A stretch of 64,000 nt of DNA. Origin: an uncultured Gemmatimonadales bacterium (lineage in GTDB: Bacteria; Gemmatimonadota; Gemmatimonadetes; Gemmatimonadales; GWC2-71-9). The stretch covers positions 2,432,001 to 2,496,000 of the forward strand of contig CAWHFW010000005.1 in the NCBI GenBank assembly GCA_963828735.1, read 5' to 3'. A program made the translations under genes and the position numbers. Positions 1-10,412 of the stretch are shown here, piece after piece. Every line of letters begins with the position of its first letter. Positions within the stretch are counted from its first letter, which is position 1. The notes beneath the pieces are model-generated. The model was not told the origin of the DNA, did no database searches, and was given only the letters and a program-made list of their open reading frames with translations.

Positions 1-197
1 TCGCCCTGCTGGCGGGTGCCGCCACCAATGCCTACTATCGCCGCTTCTTCGACACCGCGCTCACGTTCTCGCTCATCACGCCGGAGATCGTGTTGTTCAG
101 CGTGGCGCTGTCGCTCGCCCTCGGCGTGGTCGTGGGGGCGGTGGCGGCCTGGCGGCTGGTGCACACGCGGCCGATGGTGCTCTGGGGACGCGGATGA
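1..197 (+). CDS. ABC transporter permease, C-terminal part (runs off the 5' edge)
   Basis: Frame from base 3 reads ALLAGAATNAYYRRFFDTALTFSLITPEIVLFSVALSLALGVVVGAVAAWRLVHTRPMVLWGRG*, which looks like an FtsX-type C-terminus. Its stop overlaps the next start (ATGA). Confidence 0.7.
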   Translation, partial: ALLAGAATNAYYRRFFDTALTFSLITPEIVLFSVALSLALGVVVGAVAAWRLVHTRPMVLWGRG

Positions 198-1384
198 GGG
201 GTGTCGCCTGGGGCCTCCGGAGCCTCGTGCGCCAGCCGCTTCGCACGGGCCTCTCGTTGACGGGCATCGCGGTCGCCGCAGCGATGCTGCTGGACATGGT
301 CATGCTGAGTGGCGGCATCGACAAGTCGTTCTCCGAACTCGTGCTCCGCCGCGGGTTCCAGATGCGCCTCACGCCCAAGGGCACGCTGCCGTTCGACAGC
401 GAGGCGAGCATGGCGGGCGCCTCGCGGATCCTCGCCACGCTGCGCAGCGACCCGGACGTGGCCGCTGCCGGGGCGGTCCTCGGCACGTCGCTATACGGAC
501 GGAGCTCCGATTCGCTGGTCACGCTCTTCGGCTACGGCATCGAGCCGGAGGCGCAGGCGCTGTACCAGCTCATGGCGGGACGCGATCTCGCGCCAGGCGA
601 TACCGCCGGGGTCGTGCTGAGCGAGCCGGCGGCTCGCATGCTCCGGGCCTCGATCGGCGATACCGTCACGCTGATCGGTCGCTTGGACCCGCAGGTCGTC
701 ACCGCCACCCTGGGCCGCCGTCTCGTGGTGCGCGGCACGGTCCGCTGGATCTACGACTCTCGCGGCCAGCCATCGGTCGGCACCGTGCTGCCGGTCATGC
801 AGCGGCTGGCCAGGCAGTCCGTGGATCGCGCCTCCGTGATCCTGGTGAAGGCCCGCCAGGATGCCGCGGTGCCGGCATTGACCGAGCGCGTGCGGCGGCG
901 GCTTCCCCAGGTCGAGGTCAACAACGTCGCCGATCTCGTCGCCCATTTCCGGGAGCGCCTGGTCTACTTCCGCCAGCTTTCGTACATCCTCGGTAGCATG
1001 AGCCTGATCGTGACGGTGCTGCTGATCGCCACTCTGCTCACGATCACCGTGAACGAGCGGCTGGGCGAGATCGCCACACTGCGGGCCATCGGCGTGAGTC
1101 GGGCCACGGTGGTGCGTCAGGTCCTGACGGAGGGCACGGCGCTGACGCTGGCGGGAGCAGGGTTCGGCATCCTGCTGGGATTGGCCACCGCACGGTACCT
1201 GGACGCCATCCTCACCAGCTTCCCCGGCCTTCCCGCGGCGTTCTCCTTCTTCGTTCCCCGGGCGGAGGCGCTGGCGTTCGCGGCGCTCGTACTCCTCGTG
1301 ACCGGGACGATCGCGGGCCTCTACCCGGCCTGGCTCGCCTCGCGCGCGCCCATCGCCGTCACGCTTCGGGCCGAGGCTACGTGA
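194..1384 (+). CDS. ABC transporter permease, MacB/FtsX/LolE family
   Basis: N-terminal TM helix, periplasmic domain, ERLGEIATLRAIG motif and three C-terminal TMs ending LYPAWLASR. Confidence 0.9.
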   Translation: MRGVAWGLRSLVRQPLRTGLSLTGIAVAAAMLLDMVMLSGGIDKSFSELVLRRGFQMRLTPKGTLPFDSEASMAGASRILATLRSDPDVAAAGAVLGTSLYGRSSDSLVTLFGYGIEPEAQALYQLMAGRDLAPGDTAGVVLSEPAARMLRASIGDTVTLIGRLDPQVVTATLGRRLVVRGTVRWIYDSRGQPSVGTVLPVMQRLARQSVDRASVILVKARQDAAVPALTERVRRRLPQVEVNNVADLVAHFRERLVYFRQLSYILGSMSLIVTVLLIATLLTITVNERLGEIATLRAIGVSRATVVRQVLTEGTALTLAGAGFGILLGLATARYLDAILTSFPGLPAAFSFFVPRAEALAFAALVLLVTGTIAGLYPAWLASRAPIAVTLRAEAT

Positions 1385-2055
1385 CCGTGCCGCCCCTGCT
1401 CGCCCGGGAGCTCCGTAAGGACTATCCGATGAACGGCGTGACCGTCCACGCGCTGCGGGGCGTGTCCCTTCGAGTCGATCGTGGCGATTACGTCGCCATC
1501 GCCGGCCCCTCGGGCAGCGGGAAGTCCACCCTGCTGCAGCTCCTCGGCGGCATCGACACGCCCTCGGCCGGGAGCGTGGAAATTCTCGGAACGAGGCTCG
1601 ACACGTTGAGCGACGGCCAGCTCACACGCCTGCGCCTCACGCGGCTCGGATTCATCTTTCAGCGCTTCCACCTCCTGCCGGTCCTCACGGCCCGTGAGAA
1701 CGTCGAGCTCCCGATGGCCGAGGCAGGCGTCTCCCGGGTCGATCGCCGAGCGCGCGCCCGCGAGCTGCTCGCGTACGTCGGGCTCGCTCACCGCGCGGAG
1801 CACCGGGCGACGCAGCTCTCCGGCGGCGAGATGCAACGTGTCGCGATCGCCCGCGCGCTCGCCAACCGGCCGGCGGTCCTCCTCGCCGATGAGCCCACCG
1901 GCGAGCTGGACGCGGCCACGGGCCATGACATCCTCGACCTCTTCCGACGCCTCAATGCCGACGGCACCACGCTTGTCGTGGTGACGCACGACGAGCGGCT
2001 CGCCGCGGAGGCGGCGCGGGTCATCCACATGCTCGACGGGAGCATTCGCGACTGA
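1381..2055 (+). CDS. ABC transporter ATP-binding protein, LolD/MacB-like
   Basis: Walker A GPSGSGKST, signature LSGGEMQRVAIARAL, Walker B LLADEPTG, H-loop VVVTHD. Confidence 0.95.
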   Translation: MTVPPLLARELRKDYPMNGVTVHALRGVSLRVDRGDYVAIAGPSGSGKSTLLQLLGGIDTPSAGSVEILGTRLDTLSDGQLTRLRLTRLGFIFQRFHLLPVLTARENVELPMAEAGVSRVDRRARARELLAYVGLAHRAEHRATQLSGGEMQRVAIARALANRPAVLLADEPTGELDAATGHDILDLFRRLNADGTTLVVVTHDERLAAEAARVIHMLDGSIRD

Positions 2056-3515
2056 TGCTGCTCACCCTGGCCTTCCGCCACCTGTGGGTTCGGAAGCTCC
2101 GCTCGCTCTTCCTCCTGCTGGGATTCTCGCTGGGAGTCGGGGTGATGGTGGTGCTGCTGTCCGTTGGCGAGGCCATGCTCGACCAGAGTCGGGACGTCTC
2201 GCTCGTCGGAGGCGGTGAGGTGACCGTGCTCCCGCTCGGGATCGACATCGAGGCGATGCGCACCGGCGGTCTCAGCAGCATGTACTTCGGCATCGACCGC
2301 GCCCGGTTCCTGACCCGTCAGGCGCTCGGCGGCCCGCGGTACGCCGCCGTGATCCGCGCCGTCGCGCCGGGCATCGAGGGCAAGCTCCTCTATCTGTGCA
2401 AGGACCAGGGCGCCTGCCGTCCGACGGCGGTCCGCGCGGGCGCCGAGATCCCGAGCCGCGCCGCCGCGCTGGGAGCCGGCCTCGACGTCCGCGAGGGCCG
2501 CTGGGGCGACACCCCCGGCGACTCGGCGTACGTCGCTCCGACCGCCCAACAGCTCTATGACGAGCTGGACCGGTTCCATATCCCCGCCAAGCCCGACAGC
2601 ACCTGGGGCGAGTGGCAGTACTTCAACCTCACGGTCTCGCCCCACGAGTGGTGGTACGTGACGTATCTGGTCGGCGGTGCGGTGCCGACCGGCCGGTGGG
2701 GAGGCAGGCTCCTCGTGACGCATCGCCGGGCCGACGGCGGCTATGAGCGCTTCACGACAGACGTCCCGGCCGAGCAGGTGTCGCTCGACACCGCCGCGGC
2801 GGACCTGGTCATCGGCGCGAGCTCCGTCCGGCAACGGGACGGGGTCTATCGCCTCGTGGCTCGTGCTAGGGGCGAGCGGGGTCCACTTCGGCTGGACCTC
2901 GAGATCCGCCCGGAGACCAATCGCTATTTCCCGCCCGTGGAGCTTCGTGACGACGAGTTCCTCTCGGGATACGTCGTACCGGGCCTCGGCGCCGCCGCCA
3001 GCGGCACGATCTGCGTCGCGGGTCACTGTGACCGTCTTTCGGGCGCGCCGGCCTATCACGACCACAACTGGGGGGTATGGCGGGACGTGACCTGGGAATG
3101 GGGCGCCGCCCGCGGCGCAGCGCTGAGCCTCCTGTACGGCGGGGTCTACGGGCCCGAACACGAACGGAGCGGAACGCGCGCCGTGACGTCACCGTTCTTT
3201 CTCACGCTCGTCGACTCGCTTGGCGTGCGACAGGTGCTGCGGTTCGGTCATCTGGCCTACGAAGGCGCGATGCCGGCCGAGGGCGCACGAGATGCCCTGG
3301 CGCCCGCGCGCTTCTCGCTCCTGGCCACGAGGGGGGCGGACAGCGTGCGACTCGCGGTCGAGGTCGAGCACGCGCTCGCAAGCGAGATGCGCGCCTCGGC
3401 GTTCGACCGGCTGTTCTTCCAGATGCGGGGGCGCTTCACGCTGCGTGGACGCGTGGCTGGCGCAGAGGTGAGCGACACTGGCCGGGGCTTCTTCGAGACT
3501 TATCGCACCAGATAG
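2055..3515 (+). CDS. Protein with an ABC-permease-like N-terminal anchor fused to an AttH/CrtC (lipocalin-like) domain
   Basis: N-terminus LAFRHLWVRKLRSLFLLLGFSLGVGVMVVLLSVG resembles the first MacB helix. EWQYFN and AYHDHNWG..WEWG resemble AttH/CrtC-like motifs. Confidence 0.6.
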   Translation: MLLTLAFRHLWVRKLRSLFLLLGFSLGVGVMVVLLSVGEAMLDQSRDVSLVGGGEVTVLPLGIDIEAMRTGGLSSMYFGIDRARFLTRQALGGPRYAAVIRAVAPGIEGKLLYLCKDQGACRPTAVRAGAEIPSRAAALGAGLDVREGRWGDTPGDSAYVAPTAQQLYDELDRFHIPAKPDSTWGEWQYFNLTVSPHEWWYVTYLVGGAVPTGRWGGRLLVTHRRADGGYERFTTDVPAEQVSLDTAAADLVIGASSVRQRDGVYRLVARARGERGPLRLDLEIRPETNRYFPPVELRDDEFLSGYVVPGLGAAASGTICVAGHCDRLSGAPAYHDHNWGVWRDVTWEWGAARGAALSLLYGGVYGPEHERSGTRAVTSPFFLTLVDSLGVRQVLRFGHLAYEGAMPAEGARDALAPARFSLLATRGADSVRLAVEVEHALASEMRASAFDRLFFQMRGRFTLRGRVAGAEVSDTGRGFFETYRTR

Positions 3516-3528
3516 ATTCCGCGCGTCC

Positions 3529-6443
3529 ATGAGCGAGCTCCTCGACCGGCTCCGGGCCGCGCTGGCCGGCCGCTACGGCCTCGAAGGCGAGGCGGGCGCG
3601 GGTGGATGGCGATTGTCTACCGGGCGCACGACGTCCGGCACAATCGCACGGTCGCGCTCAAGGTCGTCCGTCCGGAGCTGGTCGGCGCCCTGGGCATCGA
3701 TCGGTTTCTGCGCGAGATCGAGCTCGCCGCCAGCCTTCAGCACCCGCACATCCTTCCGGTGTTCGACAGCGGCGCCGTGGACGAAGGCACTCCGCGGGCC
3801 GTGCCGTGGTTCGTCATGCCGTTCGTGGAGGGGGAGTCGCTCCGCCAGCGACTTCAGCGGAGCGGGCGCCTCCCGGTGGATGACGCCGTCGCGCTGGCGG
3901 GCGAGGTGGCGGACGCGCTCGCCTACGCGCACGCTCACGGCGTCGTCCACCGTGACGTGAAGCCGGAAAACATCCTGCTGACCGGAGGCCACGCGGTCGT
4001 GGCCGACTTCGGCGTCGCCAAGGCGATCGAACGCGGCGCCGCGGTGACCGCGACCTCGGGCACCACGCCGCAGCTCACGCGCGTGGGCATCGCGGTCGGC
4101 ACGCCGGAGTACATGAGCCCCGAGCAGGCCACCGGCGCCGACGTCGTGGACGCGCGCGCCGACCAGTACAGCCTCGCCTGCGTCCTGTACGAGATGCTGA
4201 CTGGCACGCCCCCGTTCACCGGCGCCAATCCCCAATCGGTCATCGCCCAGAGCATGACGGCCCCGCGCCCTCGCGTGGCGAAGCTTCGCCCGGACGCGCC
4301 CGCCGAGCTCGAGCGCGTCGTCGTCCGGGCGATGGCCGCCGACCCCGCGGAGCGCTTTCCCGACATGACCGCGTTCGGCGCCGCGCTCCGCGTGTCCCGC
4401 GGGTCAGGCGCCGTCGTCGGCCGGCGTGCCCTGGTGATCGGCGGAGTGGCGATCGCGGTGATCGCCGCGCTGGTCGGGGCGTGGCTCGGCACGCGCGCCA
4501 GCGCACACAAGGTGGCGCCCGCGGCGGAGGTGCTCGCGATCCTGCCGTTCAATGCCAGCGGCCCGGGCGTCGGGTTGCTGGGCGAGGGCATGGTGGACCT
4601 GCTCTCGACCAACCTGCGAGGGGTGGGCGGTATCCGGACGATCGAGCCGCGCGCCGTGCTGCACCGCTGGTCGAGTCGAGGCAAGAGCGGCACCGACGAG
4701 GTGAGCGACGCCCTGGCGCTTGGCCGGGAGCTCGGGGCCGGAAGCGTGGTGGTGGGAAGCGCGGTGTCCACCGGCCCCCGCGTCCGGCTCGCCGCCGATC
4801 TCTACGCCGTCGGCGGCGACCGGCTGGGCCGGGCCCAGGTGGACGGCCCCGCCGACAGCGTGCTCGGCCTGGTGGACCGGCTCAGCGTGGCGCTCCTGCG
4901 CGACGTGTGGCGCTCGCGCGAGCCGCTGCCGAGCCTCCAGATCGCCGGGCTCACGACCGACTCGCTCGCCGCCTTGCGCGCCTACCTCGAGGGCGAGCAG
5001 GCCTACCGACGGGTGGCGTTCGACACCGCGCTCGCCGCCTACACTCGGGCCATCGAGGTGGACTCGACCTTCGCGCTCGCGCACCTCCGCCGGGCGCTGG
5101 TATACGGCTGGACGGGGGGCTACGGCAGCGCCCAGTCCAACCAGGCCGCCGAAGCCGCGTTCCGGTTCGCCAACCGGCTTCGGCCGCAGGAGCGCCGCCT
5201 GCTCGACGGCTATCACGCCTTCGAGCTGGGTGAGCCCCGCGCGATCGACTCGCTCCGCGCGTTCGTCAACGCCTATCCCGACGACCTGGAAGGCTGGTAT
5301 CTCTACGGCGAAGCCCTGTACCATCTGCGGGCCTTCGCGCCGGTGAGCCCCGATTCCACCATTCACGTGCTCGATCACGTGCTTCGGGCGGACTCGACGC
5401 TGGTACCGGCGGTCATTCACCAGCTCAACCTGAGCGTCATCTACCTGAATCGCGATCAGTACTATCGATCACGGCGCCTTTTCGACCGGTACGCCCCGCC
5501 GCTCCATCGTGACGCGGAGGATCTGGCCGCGGCCATCGCGTTCGGTCCGCCTCCCCCCGACTCGTTCTTCGCGCGCGTCACGTCCCAACGCTTCGGCGCG
5601 ATCGGGATCATGGCCGTCGGCACGGTGTGGCGCCGCCCCATGGCCACTTCCGACACCGTGCTCGACCTCTTCCGCTGGGCCGCGCGCTCCGGTCCGGGGA
5701 CGCCCGGGTTCCGGATGACCGAGCTGCTCGCTCGTATGTACGCGACCGTCGGCCTGGGACGGCTCAAGGAGGCACTGCCGCTCATTGACTCGCTCAAGAC
5801 AATCGCGCCGGGTCCGGCCGCTGGGGCGATCGCCGGGCCCATCGCTCTGGGCATCGCGCCCCCCTCGTTCGGCGGACACCGCCTCGACAGCCTGATGGCC
5901 TCCACGCCGCCCGGAGCGTTGCGTCAGTACGGGAGGGCGTTCTTCGCGCTGAGTCGAGGCGACGTGGCGGCGGGTCGACGTGAGGTGGAGGAAGGGCTGG
6001 CCCTTGGAGACACGATCGGACCAACCATGCACGGGATGCTGGTGGCCACTGGTGGCTGGGCGTCCCTCGTGGCGGGCGACACGCTCGCGGGCGTGCGCCA
6101 ATTGCGGCAGGGAATCAACGAGGTCTCGGGACCAACCGCCGCTCCGATGTCCGCCTTTCTCCGCTTCCAGCTGGCGTTGGCGCTCTCCGCGCGTCCGGAG
6201 ACGCGAGAGGAAGGCATCCGCTGGCTGCGCTACGCCTTCGACGATCCGGAGAGCTACCTGATCCCGCTCACGTATCTCGCCCTGGGCCGGGCGTGGGAGG
6301 CGGGAGGGCAGCCCGACTCGGCGCTCTACGCGTACGGCAAGTTCGTTCGGCTGTGGGACCGCGCCGATCCATCGTTGCAGGGCAGGGTACACGAAGCGCG
6401 CGAGGCGATGACGAGACTGAGCGCGGAGCGGAAGGGGAACTGA
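3529..6443 (+). CDS. Hanks-type Ser/Thr kinase with TM, TolB-like and TPR region; 1-nt frameshift near 3605
   Basis: MSELLDRLRAALAGRY..GAGG continues as MAIVYRA in another frame. VALK, HRDVKPEN, DFG and GTPEYMSPEQ are present. Confidence 0.9.
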
Positions 6444-6688
6444 GGCGGGCGGGGCGCCCAACGCGGCACCCTAGAGTCCCACCCGCACCGGCACCCCTGC
6501 GGCCCCGAACCGGAACGCGCTGGTCGTGGAGCTCACGGCGCTGTTGGTCAGGCCCCCGAACGCCTCCACCCGATTTCCCGTGCCCCACCGCCGGCTCAGA
6601 GTCAAAGGCGGTTTGCCCCCGCGACGCTCGGGTGAGTGCCACTATCGTCACAGCGCGGAGTGCCCGCGAAGGATGTATGTTGGAAGGT

Positions 6689-7126
6689 ATGCCCTCGGAG
6701 GAACTTCCCCAGACTCTTGCGCCTGAGCAAGCGCCTGACACGCGTGCGGTCGGCCGAGCCCTGATAGACACCTTCGGAAAAGGGTGGGCCAAGCCTAACA
6801 TCGACCAGCTGATGTCAGTCTTCACACCAAGCGCGGTTTTCGTCGAAACGCCGTTTTCCGAACCGGTGCGCGGGGCCGAAGCCATCCGGCGCTGGTGGCT
6901 CGACGCCCCCTACAGTCAATCCGAGATCACCTTCACCTCGGGCGAGATCTACGCCGCAGGACCCTGGTTCTCGACCGAGTTCAAGTGCGTGTTCCGGCGG
7001 AAGCGGACCGGTGAGTGGGTGGACGCTCGGGGAGCGATCTTTTGTGAAACGGACCGGGGCCTAATCAGTGAGATGCGGATGTATTGGCATCGCTGGAATG
7101 GTGGTCGCGAGACCAGCAAGGCCTAG
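6689..7126 (+). CDS. SnoaL/NTF2-like protein
   Basis: FGKGWAKPNIDQLMSVFTPSAVFVETPF..RGAEAIRRWW pattern; GGAAGG upstream of the ATG. Confidence 0.75.
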   Translation: MPSEELPQTLAPEQAPDTRAVGRALIDTFGKGWAKPNIDQLMSVFTPSAVFVETPFSEPVRGAEAIRRWWLDAPYSQSEITFTSGEIYAAGPWFSTEFKCVFRRKRTGEWVDARGAIFCETDRGLISEMRMYWHRWNGGRETSKA

Positions 7127-7343
7127 CCGTTCCGGCCGGCCATCCTCAAAGAGGACAGTCGCTTGGGCCGGAGAGCTTCAAAGAGGACGACAGGGAACCG
7201 GACGCTGTCACTAAGTGTTGACAGCTCATGGCAGTAGCCTGTGGCACAGGGCTGGCAGTGCGGAATACGGACTTCTGTGTGATCTACAACCCGGTGCCTA
7301 GTCGAAGTTTCCACGCTGGAACAGCGGTAATTCGGGAGGTGCC

Positions 7344-9041
7344 ATGATCACGGCCCTGCTCCTTCCCCTCCTCGCTCTCGGCGGCCCACGCGAGGCGGTG
7401 CGGTCCGTGGGTAGCGATGACCCGGCCATCCAGATTTGGATCAGCAACGATCGCCGGTTTCTCCCCGGAGACGGCGCCAAGGTGCAGGTCCGCACCCGCG
7501 AGGATGGCTATCTCCTCGTGCTTCATACCGATCCTGACGGCAACCTCCGAGTGCTGTTCCCGCTGGATCCGGGAAACGACGACTTCATCCGAGGTGGGAC
7601 CAAGTACGAGATCAAGGGTCGAGGCGGTCGCGAGACGTTCACGGTGGGCGATCGCCGCGGCCAAGGGACGGTGTACGCCGTCGTGTCCCGCGATCAGTTC
7701 CGCTTCGATGAGTTCGTGCTGGGCGATCATTGGGACTACCGCAAACTGGCGCCCGGCCGCCTCTCGGCCAACCCCGAGCAGGAGCTGAACGACCTGGTTC
7801 GCCGCATGGTGGACAACAGCTTCGACTACGACATCCTCACGTACGACGTGCTGGAACACGTCGTCTATGCCTCGGAGTACAACTCCGGCTACTACGACGG
7901 CTGCGGGTACTCGTACTCGTGCGGCGGGTCGTATTACGGCTCCTACGGGTTCTCCGTAGGCCTGTTCTTCGGATGGCCGTACTATCGGCGTCCGTACTAC
8001 GATCCATTCTTCGTCGGGGTCACCCCGTACTACAGCCCGTTCTTCTACAGTCCCTACTACTACCATCCGTACTACTACCGGCCATACTACGCGCCCGCGT
8101 ATTACCCGGGCTACGGGTACCCCTACTACGGGTACTACGGATCTCCCTATTACTACGGCAATCACTACTACGGCTACTCCGGCAATCATTACTACGGCAA
8201 CTACGGCAATCGGTACTATCCGGGCGGCGCTGGAGGTCCCTTCACTCCGTATCGTTTCCGGCCGGCGGATGGAGCGTCCGCCAACTACCGCGGCCGTCAA
8301 TTCGTGAACACGGTCTATATGCCGCCGGCGGTGCGCGGCCGGTCAGTGAGCGCGAGCCCCGTCCGTCGCGTCACCGACACGCGGCCGGCTGCCGCTGCTC
8401 CAACGATCGACGGTCGCGCCAGGGTCCCTGCCGGGGAGGCAGGTGCGGCCCGTCGCGCCGCGGATCGTACGCCCTCACACTCGGCTGACGCGAACGGGCG
8501 ACGGGTCGAAAACCGCATGGCTCAACCGAGCATCGACGCGCGACGCGCGCGCCAGCCTGAACAGGTGAGGAGCATCATTCCAGACAGCCGCAGCCGGGCC
8601 GACGCGCCGAACATGCCGACGGAGATTCGCGTGAGCCGCACCGACGATACGCCCCGACGGGCAGTGGACCGTTCGTCGGAGTCGCGCGGCAACGGCACGC
8701 CACAGCGCATCGAGGCCCGGCCGGCGCATCGGGACGAGGGCAGCCGGTCTGATGGAGGCGGGTATGCAGCCCGGGACACTCGCGGCGATGCGCAGCCCGA
8801 CCCGCGCCGTGCCGACGCGCAGTCCGGTGAGGCGAGCGGAGTGTATCGCCCCGAGCCACGGTCGGACGATCGTGGAGGGGACCGCGGCGGGAGTCGCGGC
8901 GGCGATCGTGGCAGCGATCGTGGCAGCTATTCTCCGCCTTCGCGCTCGGCACCGCCATCCGGGGGGGGCGGGACGTGGGGTGGGTATGGGGGTGGCGGTG
9001 GTGGTGGCGGTGGTGGCGGCGGAGGGTTCCGCCGGCGGTGA
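7344..9041 (+). CDS. Secreted DUF4384-like protein with a Tyr/Pro/Gly-rich segment and a disordered Arg/Gly-rich tail
   Basis: Signal peptide; GDGAKVQVRTREDGYLLVLHTDPDGNLRVLFP; GGGAGG ribosome-binding site. Confidence 0.75.
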   Translation: MITALLLPLLALGGPREAVRSVGSDDPAIQIWISNDRRFLPGDGAKVQVRTREDGYLLVLHTDPDGNLRVLFPLDPGNDDFIRGGTKYEIKGRGGRETFTVGDRRGQGTVYAVVSRDQFRFDEFVLGDHWDYRKLAPGRLSANPEQELNDLVRRMVDNSFDYDILTYDVLEHVVYASEYNSGYYDGCGYSYSCGGSYYGSYGFSVGLFFGWPYYRRPYYDPFFVGVTPYYSPFFYSPYYYHPYYYRPYYAPAYYPGYGYPYYGYYGSPYYYGNHYYGYSGNHYYGNYGNRYYPGGAGGPFTPYRFRPADGASANYRGRQFVNTVYMPPAVRGRSVSASPVRRVTDTRPAAAAPTIDGRARVPAGEAGAARRAADRTPSHSADANGRRVENRMAQPSIDARRARQPEQVRSIIPDSRSRADAPNMPTEIRVSRTDDTPRRAVDRSSESRGNGTPQRIEARPAHRDEGSRSDGGGYAARDTRGDAQPDPRRADAQSGEASGVYRPEPRSDDRGGDRGGSRGGDRGSDRGSYSPPSRSAPPSGGGGTWGGYGGGGGGGGGGGGGFRRR

Positions 9042-9074
9042 GCCGGCTGCCTGACAACACCCCGGCATGGCAGA

Positions 9075-9100
9075 GGGGGCATGACCGAAGTCATGCCCCC
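9075..9100. terminator. Hairpin between convergent genes
   Basis: GGGGGCATGAC-CGAA-GTCATGCCCCC, a perfect 11-bp stem. Confidence 0.6.
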
Positions 9101-9138
9101 GCTGCATTTCTGCGCTACCGTCGACTGGGTGCTCGAAG

Positions 9139-9606
9139 TCAGGGGGGAGTATGCCGCTGGGCATACCCGGTCCCCCACTCCAGGAGCTCGGCGCTGCGCA
9201 AGCCGACGCGCATGGCCTGGCCGACCGCGTCCTCCTCTTCGAGCCCATGATCCAGCATGAGAAATGGCAGCAACGCGCCGCCGACGCGGTTCCCACTTCC
9301 GCAGTGGACGAACACCTGGCGATCGCCGGCCCCACGAAGGATCTCGAGGACGCGGTCGAGCGTCTCGTCGGTCATCGTGCCGCCGGCGACCGGCACGTTC
9401 TCGTATTCGAGGCCCAGCGACCGCGCCACGGCCGGCTCGTCGAAGGGACGTGGCTCCATCGGATCGCGCAGGTCGAGTACGAGCTGGCCGCCTGCCGCCT
9501 TGAACGCGGCGAGGTGGGCGGGCGATGGCTGACCCCCGGTGACCACCGTGGAGACCAGCTGGCAGGCGTTGGGAACGCCCTGGAGCGCTTCCATCGGCGA
9601 GCTCAT
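9139..9606 (-). CDS. Protein-tyrosine-phosphatase-fold protein (DUF442 / sulfur-transferase-like)
   Basis: GGQPS, VLDLR..E and the CX5R motif VFVHCGSGNR. Confidence 0.8.
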   Translation of the reverse strand: MSSPMEALQGVPNACQLVSTVVTGGQPSPAHLAAFKAAGGQLVLDLRDPMEPRPFDEPAVARSLGLEYENVPVAGGTMTDETLDRVLEILRGAGDRQVFVHCGSGNRVGGALLPFLMLDHGLEEEDAVGQAMRVGLRSAELLEWGTGYAQRHTPP

Positions 9607-9959
9607 GAATGTTCCGTCTGGGGCTCGGTACCCCGGTAGATGACGACCTTTGCCCGCTCGAGCGTGATCAGGCCGCCACCGATCATACGGTCGAGCTCCG
9701 GCAGGATCGCCTCGATCTTCTCGGCGGTCTCCACGCATTCCACGATGAGGGGCAGGTCGAGCGAAAGGCGGAGGATCTTCTCGCTGTGAATGCCGGCGCT
9801 GGCGCCGAAGCCCATGATGCCCCGCAGCACGGTCGCCCCGGCGAAGCCGCGCTCGCGGAGGAGCAGGACAATCGCCTCGTAGAGGGGCTTGCCGTGATGC
9901 TTGTCCCGCTCGCCGATGTGAATGCGCATCAGCGTTCGCTCACCGGTCAGGCCGTGCAT
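9603..9959 (-). CDS. DUF190 (PII-like) protein
   Basis: LMRIHIGERDKHHGKPLYEAIV..GATVLRGIMGFG..LSLDLPLIVE; a known neighbour of crcB. Confidence 0.9.
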   Translation of the reverse strand: MHGLTGERTLMRIHIGERDKHHGKPLYEAIVLLLRERGFAGATVLRGIMGFGASAGIHSEKILRLSLDLPLIVECVETAEKIEAILPELDRMIGGGLITLERAKVVIYRGTEPQTEHS

Positions 9960-9999
9960 CGGCGCCCCTCCACCGCATCATCCATCATCTCGTGCGAGC

Positions 10000-10389
10000 T
10001 CACAATTTCATGCGCACGGCGATCAGCTCTCGTGCCGCGGCAAATCCGAGGAACGTCGCGAGCAGCGAGACGCCGACGCTCAACAGGACGTACAGGGCCG
10101 CCCTGGGCCACTGGCCGTCCTCCATGAGCGCGGCCGTCTCGTAGCTGAACGTGGAGAACGTGGTGTACCCGCCACAGAAGCCGACCGTAAGGAAGGCGCG
10201 GACTTCGGGCGTGATCGTCGGCGTCTCGACGCCATAGCGCAGGATCATGCCGAGCAGGAACGACCCCGTGATGTTGACGGCGAGGGTGCCGACAGGGAAG
10301 GTGCCGGCGGTCAGTCGCTGGATGACGCCGCCGAATAGATATCGGCTGACTCCACCGATGGCGCTTCCCACCGCGATGTACCAGAGCAT
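10000..10389 (-). CDS. crcB: Fluoride channel Fluc/CrcB
   Basis: GSAIGGVSRY, FPVGTLAVNITGSF and GFCGGYTTFSTF motifs. Confidence 0.95.
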   Translation of the reverse strand: MLWYIAVGSAIGGVSRYLFGGVIQRLTAGTFPVGTLAVNITGSFLLGMILRYGVETPTITPEVRAFLTVGFCGGYTTFSTFSYETAALMEDGQWPRAALYVLLSVGVSLLATFLGFAAARELIAVRMKL

Positions 10390-10412
10390 GCTGGAAGGTA
10401 TACATTTCGGCC

